This document shows positions 1 to 7,785 of a DNA stretch of 20,000 nt, one piece after another. Origin of the DNA: an uncultured virus (IMG/VR IMGVR_UViG_3300034812_000685) (lineage: Duplodnaviria; Heunggongvirae; Uroviricota; Caudoviricetes). The stretch lies in the IMG/VR virus record IMGVR_UViG_3300034812_000685; one strand, written 5' to 3'. The notes beneath the pieces were generated by a model. The model had not been told where the DNA came from, ran no database searches, and saw only the letters and a list, made by a program, of their open reading frames with translations. Positions within the stretch are counted from its first letter, which is position 1. Each line of letters starts with the position of its first letter. The translations under genes were made by a program, and so were the position numbers.

Positions 1-369
1 TATAAACGTCATGCACTTTCAGGAACGGTCATTGAGCTTGCGGCTTCTGGATATGCGGTGTATCAGATGATGAGCAAAAAGGTTCCTGGGTTGATTGGCT
101 TTAGGCCTGAGAAGAGTAAAACAGCGAGAGCATCAGGTATTGTGCCATTAGTTGAAGCTGGTAATGTTTTCTTGCCCGCGAGTGCTAGTTGGCTAGATGC
201 ATTTTTAAATGAGTTTGCATTGTTTCCCGCTTCTAAAAATGATGACATGGTCGATAGTTTGACTATGGCTATTAACTATTGCAGTCAAAGAACAGCGCCA
301 CAAATGACAGAAGTTACTTGGGGTCGTGGCAACAGACCACTACCGAATGGGAAAATTAATACCTGGTAG
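1..369 (+). CDS. terL: Phage terminase large subunit, C-terminal RNase H-like nuclease domain (5' truncated by window edge)
   Basis: Frame is open from base 1 (YKRHALSGTVIELAASGYAVYQMM...). Motifs IExAASG, P-x2-SKxARA...VPLVEAGNVFLP...WLDAFLNEFALFP...NDDMVDSLTMA are typical of Terminase_6C-type domains. Confidence 0.88.
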   Translation, partial: YKRHALSGTVIELAASGYAVYQMMSKKVPGLIGFRPEKSKTARASGIVPLVEAGNVFLPASASWLDAFLNEFALFPASKNDDMVDSLTMAINYCSQRTAPQMTEVTWGRGNRPLPNGKINTW

Positions 370-390
370 ACTTAAAAAAGTTGCAACATA

Positions 391-1122
391 TTGGTGGCAC
401 GTAAAACTAAAAAATTTACGATGTCTCCAGAGCAGCAAAGACTTGCATCTGAAAATTTAAATCTTGCACGTCGTGAAGCATGGAGGATACAAAGGTCGAC
501 TGGTATTGACTATCAAACCCTGGAATCAGTTGCTTTTGAAGGATTGTGCAAGGCTGCATACAGGTACGACCCCGAAAGGCCACATCCAATAACAGGTAAA
601 AGCATGAAGTTTTCAAGCTTAGCTATACCTACGATACGAGGCGAGCTATTGCACTGGGTTAGGGATAAAACATATTCAATAAGACTTAGTCACAAAATGA
701 GAGAGAACTGGGTCAAGGGCAGGAAGCTGCTGTACAGGGGATCATCTGACCTTGAAATTGCTGCAGAGCTTGGTATTTCCAAGGAAGAGTGGATAGAAGT
801 TAGAAAAGTTTGCTCAGGACCACCATTGGAGTTAAAGGAACAAGCCAAACCGACAGAAGCACTGGAACCTGACGAAGTAAACTTTGCTGACATGTATATC
901 GACAATGCTGTAAAGGCAATTCAAGCAAATGGAGATGAGCAAATTTTAAAAGATCTTGAAATTTATTTGACTGGAGTTGGGAACGTAATACCTAAAAAGC
1001 AAATTAACAGACTGCTGCTATTAGCTGGCTGTGAAGAGACCGACTGGTCTGATGAGGACATAGATTTGATTAATGGTTGGGAAGAAATTGGCAACGGAAG
1101 ATTGCAGGGAAATCTGTTTTGA
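391..1122 (+). CDS. Phage-encoded sigma-70 family factor, SigF/SigB-like (regions 2 and 3 present, region 4 not recognisable); start could be TTG391, GTG394 or ATG421
   Basis: Region 2: ENLNLARREAWR...YQTLESVAFEGLCKAAYRYDP...KFSSLAIPTIRGELLHWVRD. Region 3-like: SDLEIAAELGISKEEWIEV. Confidence 0.85.
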   Translation: MVARKTKKFTMSPEQQRLASENLNLARREAWRIQRSTGIDYQTLESVAFEGLCKAAYRYDPERPHPITGKSMKFSSLAIPTIRGELLHWVRDKTYSIRLSHKMRENWVKGRKLLYRGSSDLEIAAELGISKEEWIEVRKVCSGPPLELKEQAKPTEALEPDEVNFADMYIDNAVKAIQANGDEQILKDLEIYLTGVGNVIPKKQINRLLLLAGCEETDWSDEDIDLINGWEEIGNGRLQGNLF

Positions 1123-1134
1123 TTACCATGGCGC

Positions 1135-2736
1135 ATGGGGATTTCACAGAAGACTCTTCAGCGCCTCAAGGACGTCTCTTTGGCAGATGTCATACAGGCT
1201 TGCGGGAGCACTCTTAAAAAAGCCGGCAGAGAGTATCAGACCCATTGCCTGTGGCATGACGACAAACGGCCATCGCTGAATGTTGTTGAGGACAAAGGAT
1301 TTATGTTTTGCCCGGTGTGTCACGCCAGGGCAGATGCGATTGATTATGTAGGGCAGAAGTTTGGACTGGAGTGGCGCGATGCTGTTGAGAAGACGGCAGA
1401 TCTTTGTGGTATTGCTGTTGAGCTTGATGGCGTCGATCCAGAAGTTGCTGCGAAGCAAAGGGAGGAAAGGCGCAATGACATCAAAAAATTAGAACTTCAA
1501 CAATCAACTTTTAAAAAGAACATTAAGGATCCACGGGCTGAGCGAATACGTCAAATCCTTGTAAACAGGGGTTTCGGCCCTGATTCTGCAAATGAATTTG
1601 GGATTGGATTCTGTGCTGAAGGCTTCTTTGCAGGTCGAATTACAATCCCGATCTATAATCATCGCAATGAACTTGTAGGGTTTACTGGCAGGACAACAAC
1701 AGACGATCAACCTAAGTATAAAAACTCATACGAAAGTGATTTATTTATAAAAAAGAATATCGTCTTTAACGAAGTCAGGGCAAAGGTCGCCGCTCGTGAG
1801 GCTAATAGTTTGATCTTTGTTGAAGGCCATCTAGATGTCGTGTCAATGTGGCAACAGGGCATCAAAAATGTAGTGGCCTTGCAAGGTACTGGCGCTCCAG
1901 AGACCTTAGTATTAAAACGCTTAGCAAAAGCAGCCAGTAATTTTGTCCTTTGTTTCGACGGAGATCAAGGTGGCAAAAAGGCCGTTGAATTATTCATATC
2001 TGCAGCAGGTCCGATGGCGATGTCCGGTGAAATCTCCATTAATGTTGCCACACTGCCGAGTGGTTCTGATCCAGATGAAGTCATCAAAACTGGCGGCAAC
2101 TTATACAACTACATTGCAAATGCACCTAACTGGCTTGATTGGGTTATTGATGAATGGGTTAAAGATCTTGATAAGACCGACACTAAACAGGTGACACTGG
2201 TCGAGAAAAAGCTTAAAGATTTAATTAATGGCCTGCGATCAAATGCCCTTAGGACTCATTACATTGATCGTGCAGCTCGAATGTTGGCAAAGAGCAACAA
2301 AGACGCTGAAAAGATTGCAAAGACATGGAGTTCTCAATGGGACAACTTATTTGTATCTGACTGGAAGCCAAGGACTGCAACCGAAATTAGGACTGCTGCT
2401 GAAAAAAGAATGCTCCGAATATACGTACATAAGCCTCAACACCGAGGAAGACTAAAAAAGCTTATGAGCGCAGTACACAACCCCGCATTAAGGTGGTTAG
2501 TGGTACGACTTAGTGAGCTTGAGGAATACAGCTCAACAGATTTAACACCTCACAGCGTGATGGCGGTTGTCTGTGTAGCTGAACCTCACTTTGTACAACA
2601 ACTTAGGTCTGTGGTATGTCCAACAATTCATCTTGACGATACCGAAGGTGTGCTGCTGCACATCGAAAAAATCTTAGGTCAAGAAGTAATTGCTTCTGAC
2701 TTGCTGCCACAAAGCGAACCATCCCAAACAAACTGA
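1135..2736 (+). CDS. dnaG: DNA primase, DnaG type
   Basis: CHC2 zinc finger (CLWHDDKRPS...CPVC), GRITIPI...VGFTGR...PKYKNS, TOPRIM motifs FVEGHLDV, CFDGDQGG and LPSGSDPDE. Confidence 0.95.
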   Translation: MGISQKTLQRLKDVSLADVIQACGSTLKKAGREYQTHCLWHDDKRPSLNVVEDKGFMFCPVCHARADAIDYVGQKFGLEWRDAVEKTADLCGIAVELDGVDPEVAAKQREERRNDIKKLELQQSTFKKNIKDPRAERIRQILVNRGFGPDSANEFGIGFCAEGFFAGRITIPIYNHRNELVGFTGRTTTDDQPKYKNSYESDLFIKKNIVFNEVRAKVAAREANSLIFVEGHLDVVSMWQQGIKNVVALQGTGAPETLVLKRLAKAASNFVLCFDGDQGGKKAVELFISAAGPMAMSGEISINVATLPSGSDPDEVIKTGGNLYNYIANAPNWLDWVIDEWVKDLDKTDTKQVTLVEKKLKDLINGLRSNALRTHYIDRAARMLAKSNKDAEKIAKTWSSQWDNLFVSDWKPRTATEIRTAAEKRMLRIYVHKPQHRGRLKKLMSAVHNPALRWLVVRLSELEEYSSTDLTPHSVMAVVCVAEPHFVQQLRSVVCPTIHLDDTEGVLLHIEKILGQEVIASDLLPQSEPSQTN

Positions 2737-2737
2737 A

Positions 2738-2935
2738 ATGACTGCAACCATCCATACTCTGCCCCAATGCCCCTGGTGCGTACGGGCCAAAAAGCTTTTG
2801 GATCTAAAAGGAATTACCTACGAAGAGGTGGACGGTAAGTCACCAGATTGGAAAACTGTTCCGTACATCCAGATTGATGGTGAACCCATTGGAGGCTTTA
2901 CTGAACTGACTTCTTATCTGCGTAGTTTGATTTAA
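2738..2935 (+). CDS. grx: Glutaredoxin (NrdH/Grx-like), 65 aa; start revised to ATG2738
   Basis: CPWC active site, TVP cis-proline motif, IDGEPIGGFTEL. ATG lies 1 nt after the primase stop. Confidence 0.9.
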   Translation: MTATIHTLPQCPWCVRAKKLLDLKGITYEEVDGKSPDWKTVPYIQIDGEPIGGFTELTSYLRSLI

Positions 2936-2940
2936 ACTGT

Positions 2941-3567
2941 ATGGACTCAAAGCTTTTCTGTGTGCCAGCTGCTGTAATTTTTACAATCTGCTTTTATGGC
3001 TTTGGCATTGCCAAGGTCATTTGTACAGATACAAAAAACAGAGAATTGCTCACAAAAATTAGGCCACTAGGTGACTTGATAGCTTCTGGCGAAGGTGACT
3101 ATGGTTCAGTTAATCGCGGCAGAGCAGGAGATACACCTGGAGGCCTTGAGTCCATCACTGGAAAACCACATAGTGCGACAACCATTAAAGAGATTACTGA
3201 TTTGCAACGCAATAAGATCTTTGCTGTTGGCAGGTATCAGTTCATTCCATCCACTATGCAGGTTGCACTGAAGCATTCATGCATACATAACAATGATTTA
3301 TTTACGAAAGAAACGCAAGAGAAGTTGTTTGCAGTATTGATATTTCACAAAAGGCCATTAGTAGGTGGTTACATCAAAGGTGAGCATGATGACTTGAGCC
3401 TTGCGGGCCGTGAACTTGCCAAAGAGTTTGCTGCTGTTGAATATAAATCAGGTCGCGGGTTTTATGACGGAATACACGGCAACAAAGCCAAAATAACACA
3501 GAGCCAAGTTCGCAAGGCTCTTATTCATTTGAGGAAATCTTGGCGAGTCTCTGAGGTTAAGTCATGA
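2941..3567 (+). CDS. Lysozyme-fold peptidoglycan hydrolase with N-terminal hydrophobic segment
   Basis: LIASGEGDYGSVNRG (candidate catalytic Glu), FAVGRYQFIPST, F-x3-TQEKL and LAKEFAAV motifs resemble lambda-lysozyme-like muramidases. Confidence 0.7.
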   Translation: MDSKLFCVPAAVIFTICFYGFGIAKVICTDTKNRELLTKIRPLGDLIASGEGDYGSVNRGRAGDTPGGLESITGKPHSATTIKEITDLQRNKIFAVGRYQFIPSTMQVALKHSCIHNNDLFTKETQEKLFAVLIFHKRPLVGGYIKGEHDDLSLAGRELAKEFAAVEYKSGRGFYDGIHGNKAKITQSQVRKALIHLRKSWRVSEVKS

Positions 3568-3743
3568 ACTCTGCAATCCAAGGGATTATGAAACGCTTCA
3601 TAGTTACCTATAAGATTAGTACAACAGAGGGCTTGACAGAAACAATGCTTGTCAGTAGTAAAGATATCTTTTCTGCAGTGGCAGAAGCCCAAGAGTTATT
3701 GCATCAAGATTGTGTAATTACAACCATCACAGATCATGATTGA
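3564..3743 (+). CDS. Small hypothetical protein, 59 aa (MNSAIQGIMKRFIVTYKIST...); absent from ORF track
   Basis: ATGA overlap with the upstream stop, fills the gap and overlaps the next start. Confidence 0.6.
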   Translation: MNSAIQGIMKRFIVTYKISTTEGLTETMLVSSKDIFSAVAEAQELLHQDCVITTITDHD

Positions 3744-4005
3744 CGATTCTTTTTCTCAAGTATTTGTTTTTAACTACGTGCTGTTGATGTCGGTGACAAT
3801 TTTAATAGTATTAATACCTAATGAGTTTATTAGTGTGATCACACTAGTCTATTTAAAAATTAATCTTTTCTTTTTAAATTACAAAATGAAGTGGATGGCT
3901 TGGTGTCAGTACAGGCAACTGGTACGCCTGTTAAGAAAAGCTGACTCAAAAACTATTCCCAGTTTTAAATTTGTCAACCTATGGGAGAGGAATGACAACA
4001 GTTGA
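3736..4005 (+). CDS. Hypothetical membrane protein, 89 aa
   Basis: Hydrophobic N-terminal half, basic C-terminus, operon-like packing. Confidence 0.6.
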   Translation: MIDDSFSQVFVFNYVLLMSVTILIVLIPNEFISVITLVYLKINLFFLNYKMKWMAWCQYRQLVRLLRKADSKTIPSFKFVNLWERNDNS

Positions 4006-4032
4006 TACACTTTCTTTAGATCGTGTTATTTC

Positions 4033-4176
4033 ATGTACAAGATTTCCTCCAACCATCTACATCGCGACGGCCATGTCATGGGCAAGCGCAACAAGGCAAC
4101 TTCGATCGGGAACGGTCGTCGTAAGCGCAGCTCTTTGAAAGGCAAAAAACCTTACCGGGGTCAAGGTCGCCGCTGA
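4033..4176 (+). CDS. Small highly basic phage protein, 47 aa (...KATSIGNGRRKRSSLKGKKPYRGQGRR); absent from ORF track
   Basis: Translated by hand. The C-terminal KxYRGQGR ending is one I recognise from small marine/cyanophage proteins. Confidence 0.7.
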   Translation: MYKISSNHLHRDGHVMGKRNKATSIGNGRRKRSSLKGKKPYRGQGRR

Positions 4177-4211
4177 TGGGTTGTAAACGCTGTTCACTCT
4201 GTCGAGGGACC

Positions 4212-4349
4212 ATGGCCAACTGTTTAAAGAAAACATCCGACAAACCGGAACCAAAACCTTACAAGGATCCTGCATATCGAAAGGAATACTGGAAGAAGTA
4301 TTGCGAGGAAGATCCAAGTTGCTTGGAATGCAAGTTGTTTGATCTATGA
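4212..4349 (+). CDS. CP12-like miniprotein, 45 aa, C-terminal motif only; absent from ORF track
   Basis: MANCLKKTSDKPEPKPYKDPAYRKEYWKKYCEEDPSCLECKLFDL. YC-x8-C-x-L-F-D matches the CP12 C-terminal loop. GAGGGA SD-like sequence upstream. Confidence 0.72.
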   Translation: MANCLKKTSDKPEPKPYKDPAYRKEYWKKYCEEDPSCLECKLFDL

Positions 4350-4352
4350 GCT

Positions 4353-4514
4353 ATGAAAAAGTACGAAATGTTGTACAGGTTTGGCACTGGTCCTTGGTTT
4401 GGCAGGAAGGTTATTGACGCATTAGACCTGAAGGACGCACAACAAAAATTCTATTCGGACGCCAAGCACTGGACTTTGGTGAACGTTTATGAATTGCCTG
4501 AAAAAGATGCCTGA
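4353..4514 (+). CDS. Small hypothetical protein, 53 aa (MKKYEMLYRFGTGPWFGRKVIDALDL...); absent from ORF track
   Basis: Starts 3 nt after the previous stop and fills the gap before nrdJ. Confidence 0.6.
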   Translation: MKKYEMLYRFGTGPWFGRKVIDALDLKDAQQKFYSDAKHWTLVNVYELPEKDA

Positions 4515-4582
4515 TTTAAAAGCCAAACCCCTTCTTTGCAGGTAGATTCTGTAGGCATCCTGAGCCTACCCGCATTCAATAG

Positions 4583-6904
4583 ATGAAGGAATTTCGTCAA
4601 TCAGCCCCTTCCGCCGAAGCTGTTTTCTATCGTACCTACAGCCGTCGCAAAGCTAATGGCACGAGGGAAAGCTTTTATGATGCAATGTGTCGCACTATTG
4701 ATGATATTGCAGAAATCGGCAAATTCAATCAAGAGCAGTACGACTTGGTAAGGCGTGAAGCTTTGGGCCAACGTGCATTCCCTTCTGGGCGTGCTTTCTG
4801 GGTTGCTGGTACAAAGTGGGGAAAGAAACAAGAAAACTTTTCTGGTTATTACAACTGCACGTCAACTCATATTCAAGACATTGAAGCTTTTGGGCTGCTA
4901 GTTGATCTTGCAATGATGGGATCTGGTACTGGTGCTGTGTTAGAACCAGAAGTGATTGCAAAACTGCCGACAGTAAAAAACAAGCTTGAGATTGTTTCAG
5001 TCAAGGAAATCGGAACCTTGCCAGCTGATCAGCGGCACGATAACAGTAGGATGGACACCAATTTGCCTTCTGGTGTAATCCAAATCTCCGTTGGAGACAG
5101 TCGCCATGGTTGGCAGCAGGCTTATCAAATGTTGCTAAATCTTGGTTTCTTTGGTGCTCCTAATCATGAAGGCACTATTAGGATTCATCTCGATCTTTCA
5201 AGTGTTCGGCCTTCAGGAGAGCGTTTGAAAGGTTTTGGCGGCACAGCTAATCCAGTTAAGCTTGAAGAGGCATTCCGCAAGGTTGCTGATATTTTTACTG
5301 ATGCGGTCGGCCGGCAGCTTACCTCTGTTGAAGCTTGTCTGCTGATTGACGAGGCGGCTACTGCTGTTGTGGCAGGGAACATCCGACGCAGTGCTGGTAT
5401 GCGCCAATTCGGGCAAGATGATACGGATGCCGCAACGGCAAAGCTTGGCTTGTACACACAGGACGAAGAAGGTAATTGGCGCGTAGATCCAAAAAAAGAA
5501 GCCTTGCGTATGGCAAATCACACTCGTTGCTTTCATACAAAGCCTTCACTTGAAGAAGTTACTGATGCAGTTACAAAGCAGTTTCATTCCGGTGAAGGTG
5601 CAATTCAATATGTACCGGAAGCTGTTTGCCGTGCAAATGTAGACGTTTTAAATTCTATCAAATTACGCAAGCAGTTTCTTGCTACATATACCCGACACGG
5701 GCGCAACACTGCCAAGGGTTTTCTTTTCAATACAGCTGCCATGCAGGGTGGTTGCGAGCTTGACCAACGCGAACTTGATCATCGGATGGATCGCTATGGG
5801 CTCAATCCTTGTGGTGAAATTATCGGCCGTGACTTCCACTGCAACCTTGCTGAGGTCCATCTTAATACCATTTCACCTGATAACAAAGAACAGCAAGAAG
5901 ATGCTTTCTATGCTGCTGGCCTGCAGGTCGCTGCGTTGCTCCAGCATGAATTTGTACATGAACGTTATCAGTACTCACGGGAAATTGATCCGATCGTTGG
6001 TGTCAGCTTTACCGGTTTGTTCGATTTTTTTGTTCATGCCTTTGGCAGTGAATGGCTGAAATGGATGATGGAAGGTCGCCCAGATGATGGTCGCCGGGCT
6101 GCAAAGTTCACCAGTTCGGAGCAAATGTTCCTTGCTCGTTGGCGTACTTCTGCCCGTAAAGCAGTCATCGAATACTGTAAACAGCACAATATCCGCGTAC
6201 CAAATCGGATCACCACAGTTCAACCAGCTGGTACTAAAAGTCTTTTGACGGGCGCTTCTTCCGGATGGCATCCTCCTAAAGCTCAGCGTTTTATTCGTCG
6301 GATCACCCTGGGAGTCTCTGATCCTTTGGTGCCATCTTTGATCGAGTATGGATTCAATGTGATCCCTGCTCAATCGGCACGAGATGAAGAGGGGAATCTG
6401 CTTGACGACATTTCAGACCCACGAGTACAAGAGGTGCTTGTTGAAATCCCGACTGAAGTAAGTTGGGCCAATCTCCCTGGGTGTGATCAATTTGATCTTG
6501 CAAATTTGCCTGTTGAAGCTCAATATGGTCTTTACATGCAGGTGCAAACTCACTACACGGACCACAACACTTCTGCAACAATTGAGCTGCGGGAACATGA
6601 AATCGAGACACTGTCAAAGCTGATTTATGAAACCATCCAGAAAGATGGCGGATATATTTCAGCAGCCTTGCTTGCCAGGTTTGACGCTAACGAAACGTTC
6701 CCTCGTCTTCCCTTTGAGCCAATTAGTAAGGAAAAGTATGACGACGAAGTCATCATTAATATGTTCTCTCGCGATTCTGAAAATTTTCTCAGTATTCTCA
6801 ATAAGTACGACAGCGAGGATTGGTCGATCGAATCAGTAGCAGGTTGTCAATCGGCAGCTTGTCTCGACAAGGCCGACAAAGATGAAAGGGACAAGGGTCT
6901 TTAA
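4583..6904 (+). CDS. nrdJ: Class II (adenosylcobalamin-dependent) ribonucleoside-triphosphate reductase, cyanobacterial monomeric type
   Basis: VFYRTYSRR, FPSGR, YNCTS, VVAGNIRRSA, NPCGEI (thiyl radical Cys), CNLAEVHL, TTVQPAGTKSLL, HNTSATIE and a C-terminal C-x4-C pair (CQSAAC). Confidence 0.95.
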   Translation: MKEFRQSAPSAEAVFYRTYSRRKANGTRESFYDAMCRTIDDIAEIGKFNQEQYDLVRREALGQRAFPSGRAFWVAGTKWGKKQENFSGYYNCTSTHIQDIEAFGLLVDLAMMGSGTGAVLEPEVIAKLPTVKNKLEIVSVKEIGTLPADQRHDNSRMDTNLPSGVIQISVGDSRHGWQQAYQMLLNLGFFGAPNHEGTIRIHLDLSSVRPSGERLKGFGGTANPVKLEEAFRKVADIFTDAVGRQLTSVEACLLIDEAATAVVAGNIRRSAGMRQFGQDDTDAATAKLGLYTQDEEGNWRVDPKKEALRMANHTRCFHTKPSLEEVTDAVTKQFHSGEGAIQYVPEAVCRANVDVLNSIKLRKQFLATYTRHGRNTAKGFLFNTAAMQGGCELDQRELDHRMDRYGLNPCGEIIGRDFHCNLAEVHLNTISPDNKEQQEDAFYAAGLQVAALLQHEFVHERYQYSREIDPIVGVSFTGLFDFFVHAFGSEWLKWMMEGRPDDGRRAAKFTSSEQMFLARWRTSARKAVIEYCKQHNIRVPNRITTVQPAGTKSLLTGASSGWHPPKAQRFIRRITLGVSDPLVPSLIEYGFNVIPAQSARDEEGNLLDDISDPRVQEVLVEIPTEVSWANLPGCDQFDLANLPVEAQYGLYMQVQTHYTDHNTSATIELREHEIETLSKLIYETIQKDGGYISAALLARFDANETFPRLPFEPISKEKYDDEVIINMFSRDSENFLSILNKYDSEDWSIESVAGCQSAACLDKADKDERDKGL

Positions 6905-6916
6905 AATGAGGTAAAC

Positions 6917-6941
6917 AAGGCCCGAAAGGGCCTTTTCTTTT
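6917..6941 (+). terminator. Rho-independent terminator after nrdJ
   Basis: AAGGCCC-GAAA-GGGCCTT stem with GNRA loop followed by TTCTTTT. Confidence 0.85.
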
Positions 6942-6949
6942 AGGTAGCC

Positions 6950-7195
6950 ATGCCCTGGAATGCACTGCATGTAAACGAAATTGACTATCCAGATAACCCA
7001 GAGTTGCAACAGGCTTTGGACAATTTCAGGCAACAGTATTCATGGTATGAATCACAGCTAAAATGCAATAGGTACAGCATTGATCTCACTGTTGTGCAAA
7101 CGGCTTGGGACAACTATCTGAGACTAAGGAATCGCTATGACTACAATCGTCGATCATCAAATCCGTCAGCTCTCAAGGGATCTCGGTCTCGTTGA
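6950..7195 (+). CDS. Hypothetical protein, 81 aa
   Basis: ORF with AGGTAG upstream, fills the gap and overlaps the dcd start. Confidence 0.55.
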   Translation: MPWNALHVNEIDYPDNPELQQALDNFRQQYSWYESQLKCNRYSIDLTVVQTAWDNYLRLRNRYDYNRRSSNPSALKGSRSR

Positions 7196-7637
7196 GCCAT
7201 TTAACCCTGAGATGGTCAACCCGGCCTCTATAGATGTTACCCTTGGTTCGCAGATCAAAGTAGAGAACCAGGAAGGTGGTTGGCGTGATGTAGATATTTC
7301 CAGGTATGGCTACGCGATGGCCCCCGGCCAGTTTGTTCTGGCACATACGGAAGAGCTGATAAGGGTACCTAACAATATGAAATGTCAGTTTCTGCTTAAG
7401 TCGTCTCGTGGGCGCGAAGGATATCAGCATGCACTCGCAACATTCTGTGATCCTGGTTTTGTTGGTCAGGTGACACTCGAGCTGACAAACCTTCGCAGGT
7501 ATCAATCATTGCCCCTGAGAAAAGGCCTGCGGATCGGTCAGTTGATGTTTTCTAAGTTGGATGAAATCCCTATGCGTTCTTATGCGGTCACCGGCAGGTA
7601 TCAAAACGATATGGGTGCGCAAATCTCAAAAGGTTAA
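7137..7637 (+). CDS. dcd: dCTP deaminase
   Basis: VEPFNPEMVNPASIDVTLG, PGQFVLAHTEE, KSSRGREG, DPGFVGQVTLELTN, RIGQLMF, GRYQ. Confidence 0.92.
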   Translation: MTTIVDHQIRQLSRDLGLVEPFNPEMVNPASIDVTLGSQIKVENQEGGWRDVDISRYGYAMAPGQFVLAHTEELIRVPNNMKCQFLLKSSRGREGYQHALATFCDPGFVGQVTLELTNLRRYQSLPLRKGLRIGQLMFSKLDEIPMRSYAVTGRYQNDMGAQISKG

Positions 7638-7679
7638 TTACACTGAATTGTTCACCCGTTGGACGGTTTAAGGAATACC

Positions 7680-7701
7680 AAAGACCTTCGGGTCTTTTTT
7701 T
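7680..7701 (+). terminator. Rho-independent terminator after dcd
   Basis: AAAGACC-TTCG-GGTCTTT stem with UUCG loop and T tract. Confidence 0.85.
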
Positions 7702-7785
7702 ATGTCCGGCAACCTAATAGGACGAGGGTTGCGAGATGCTTCCTGGTCGATCTTAGGTATGACGCCTTTCACGCAGTGACTGCAA

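Noticed and set aside
4057..4317. 86-aa minus-strand ORF
   Set aside because: Antisense to two better-supported + strand peptides (YRGQG and CP12-like) in a + strand operon.
4583..6904. Possible intein or intron in nrdJ (also checked dnaG)
   Set aside because: Normal length, continuous motifs, no splice-junction or homing endonuclease motifs seen.
7648..7678. TGTTCA-CCCGTTGGACGG...GGAATA looked like a second glutamine riboswitch
   Set aside because: No pseudoknot pair or conserved core, sits just before a terminator with no downstream peptide; at most a weak 3' UTR hairpin.
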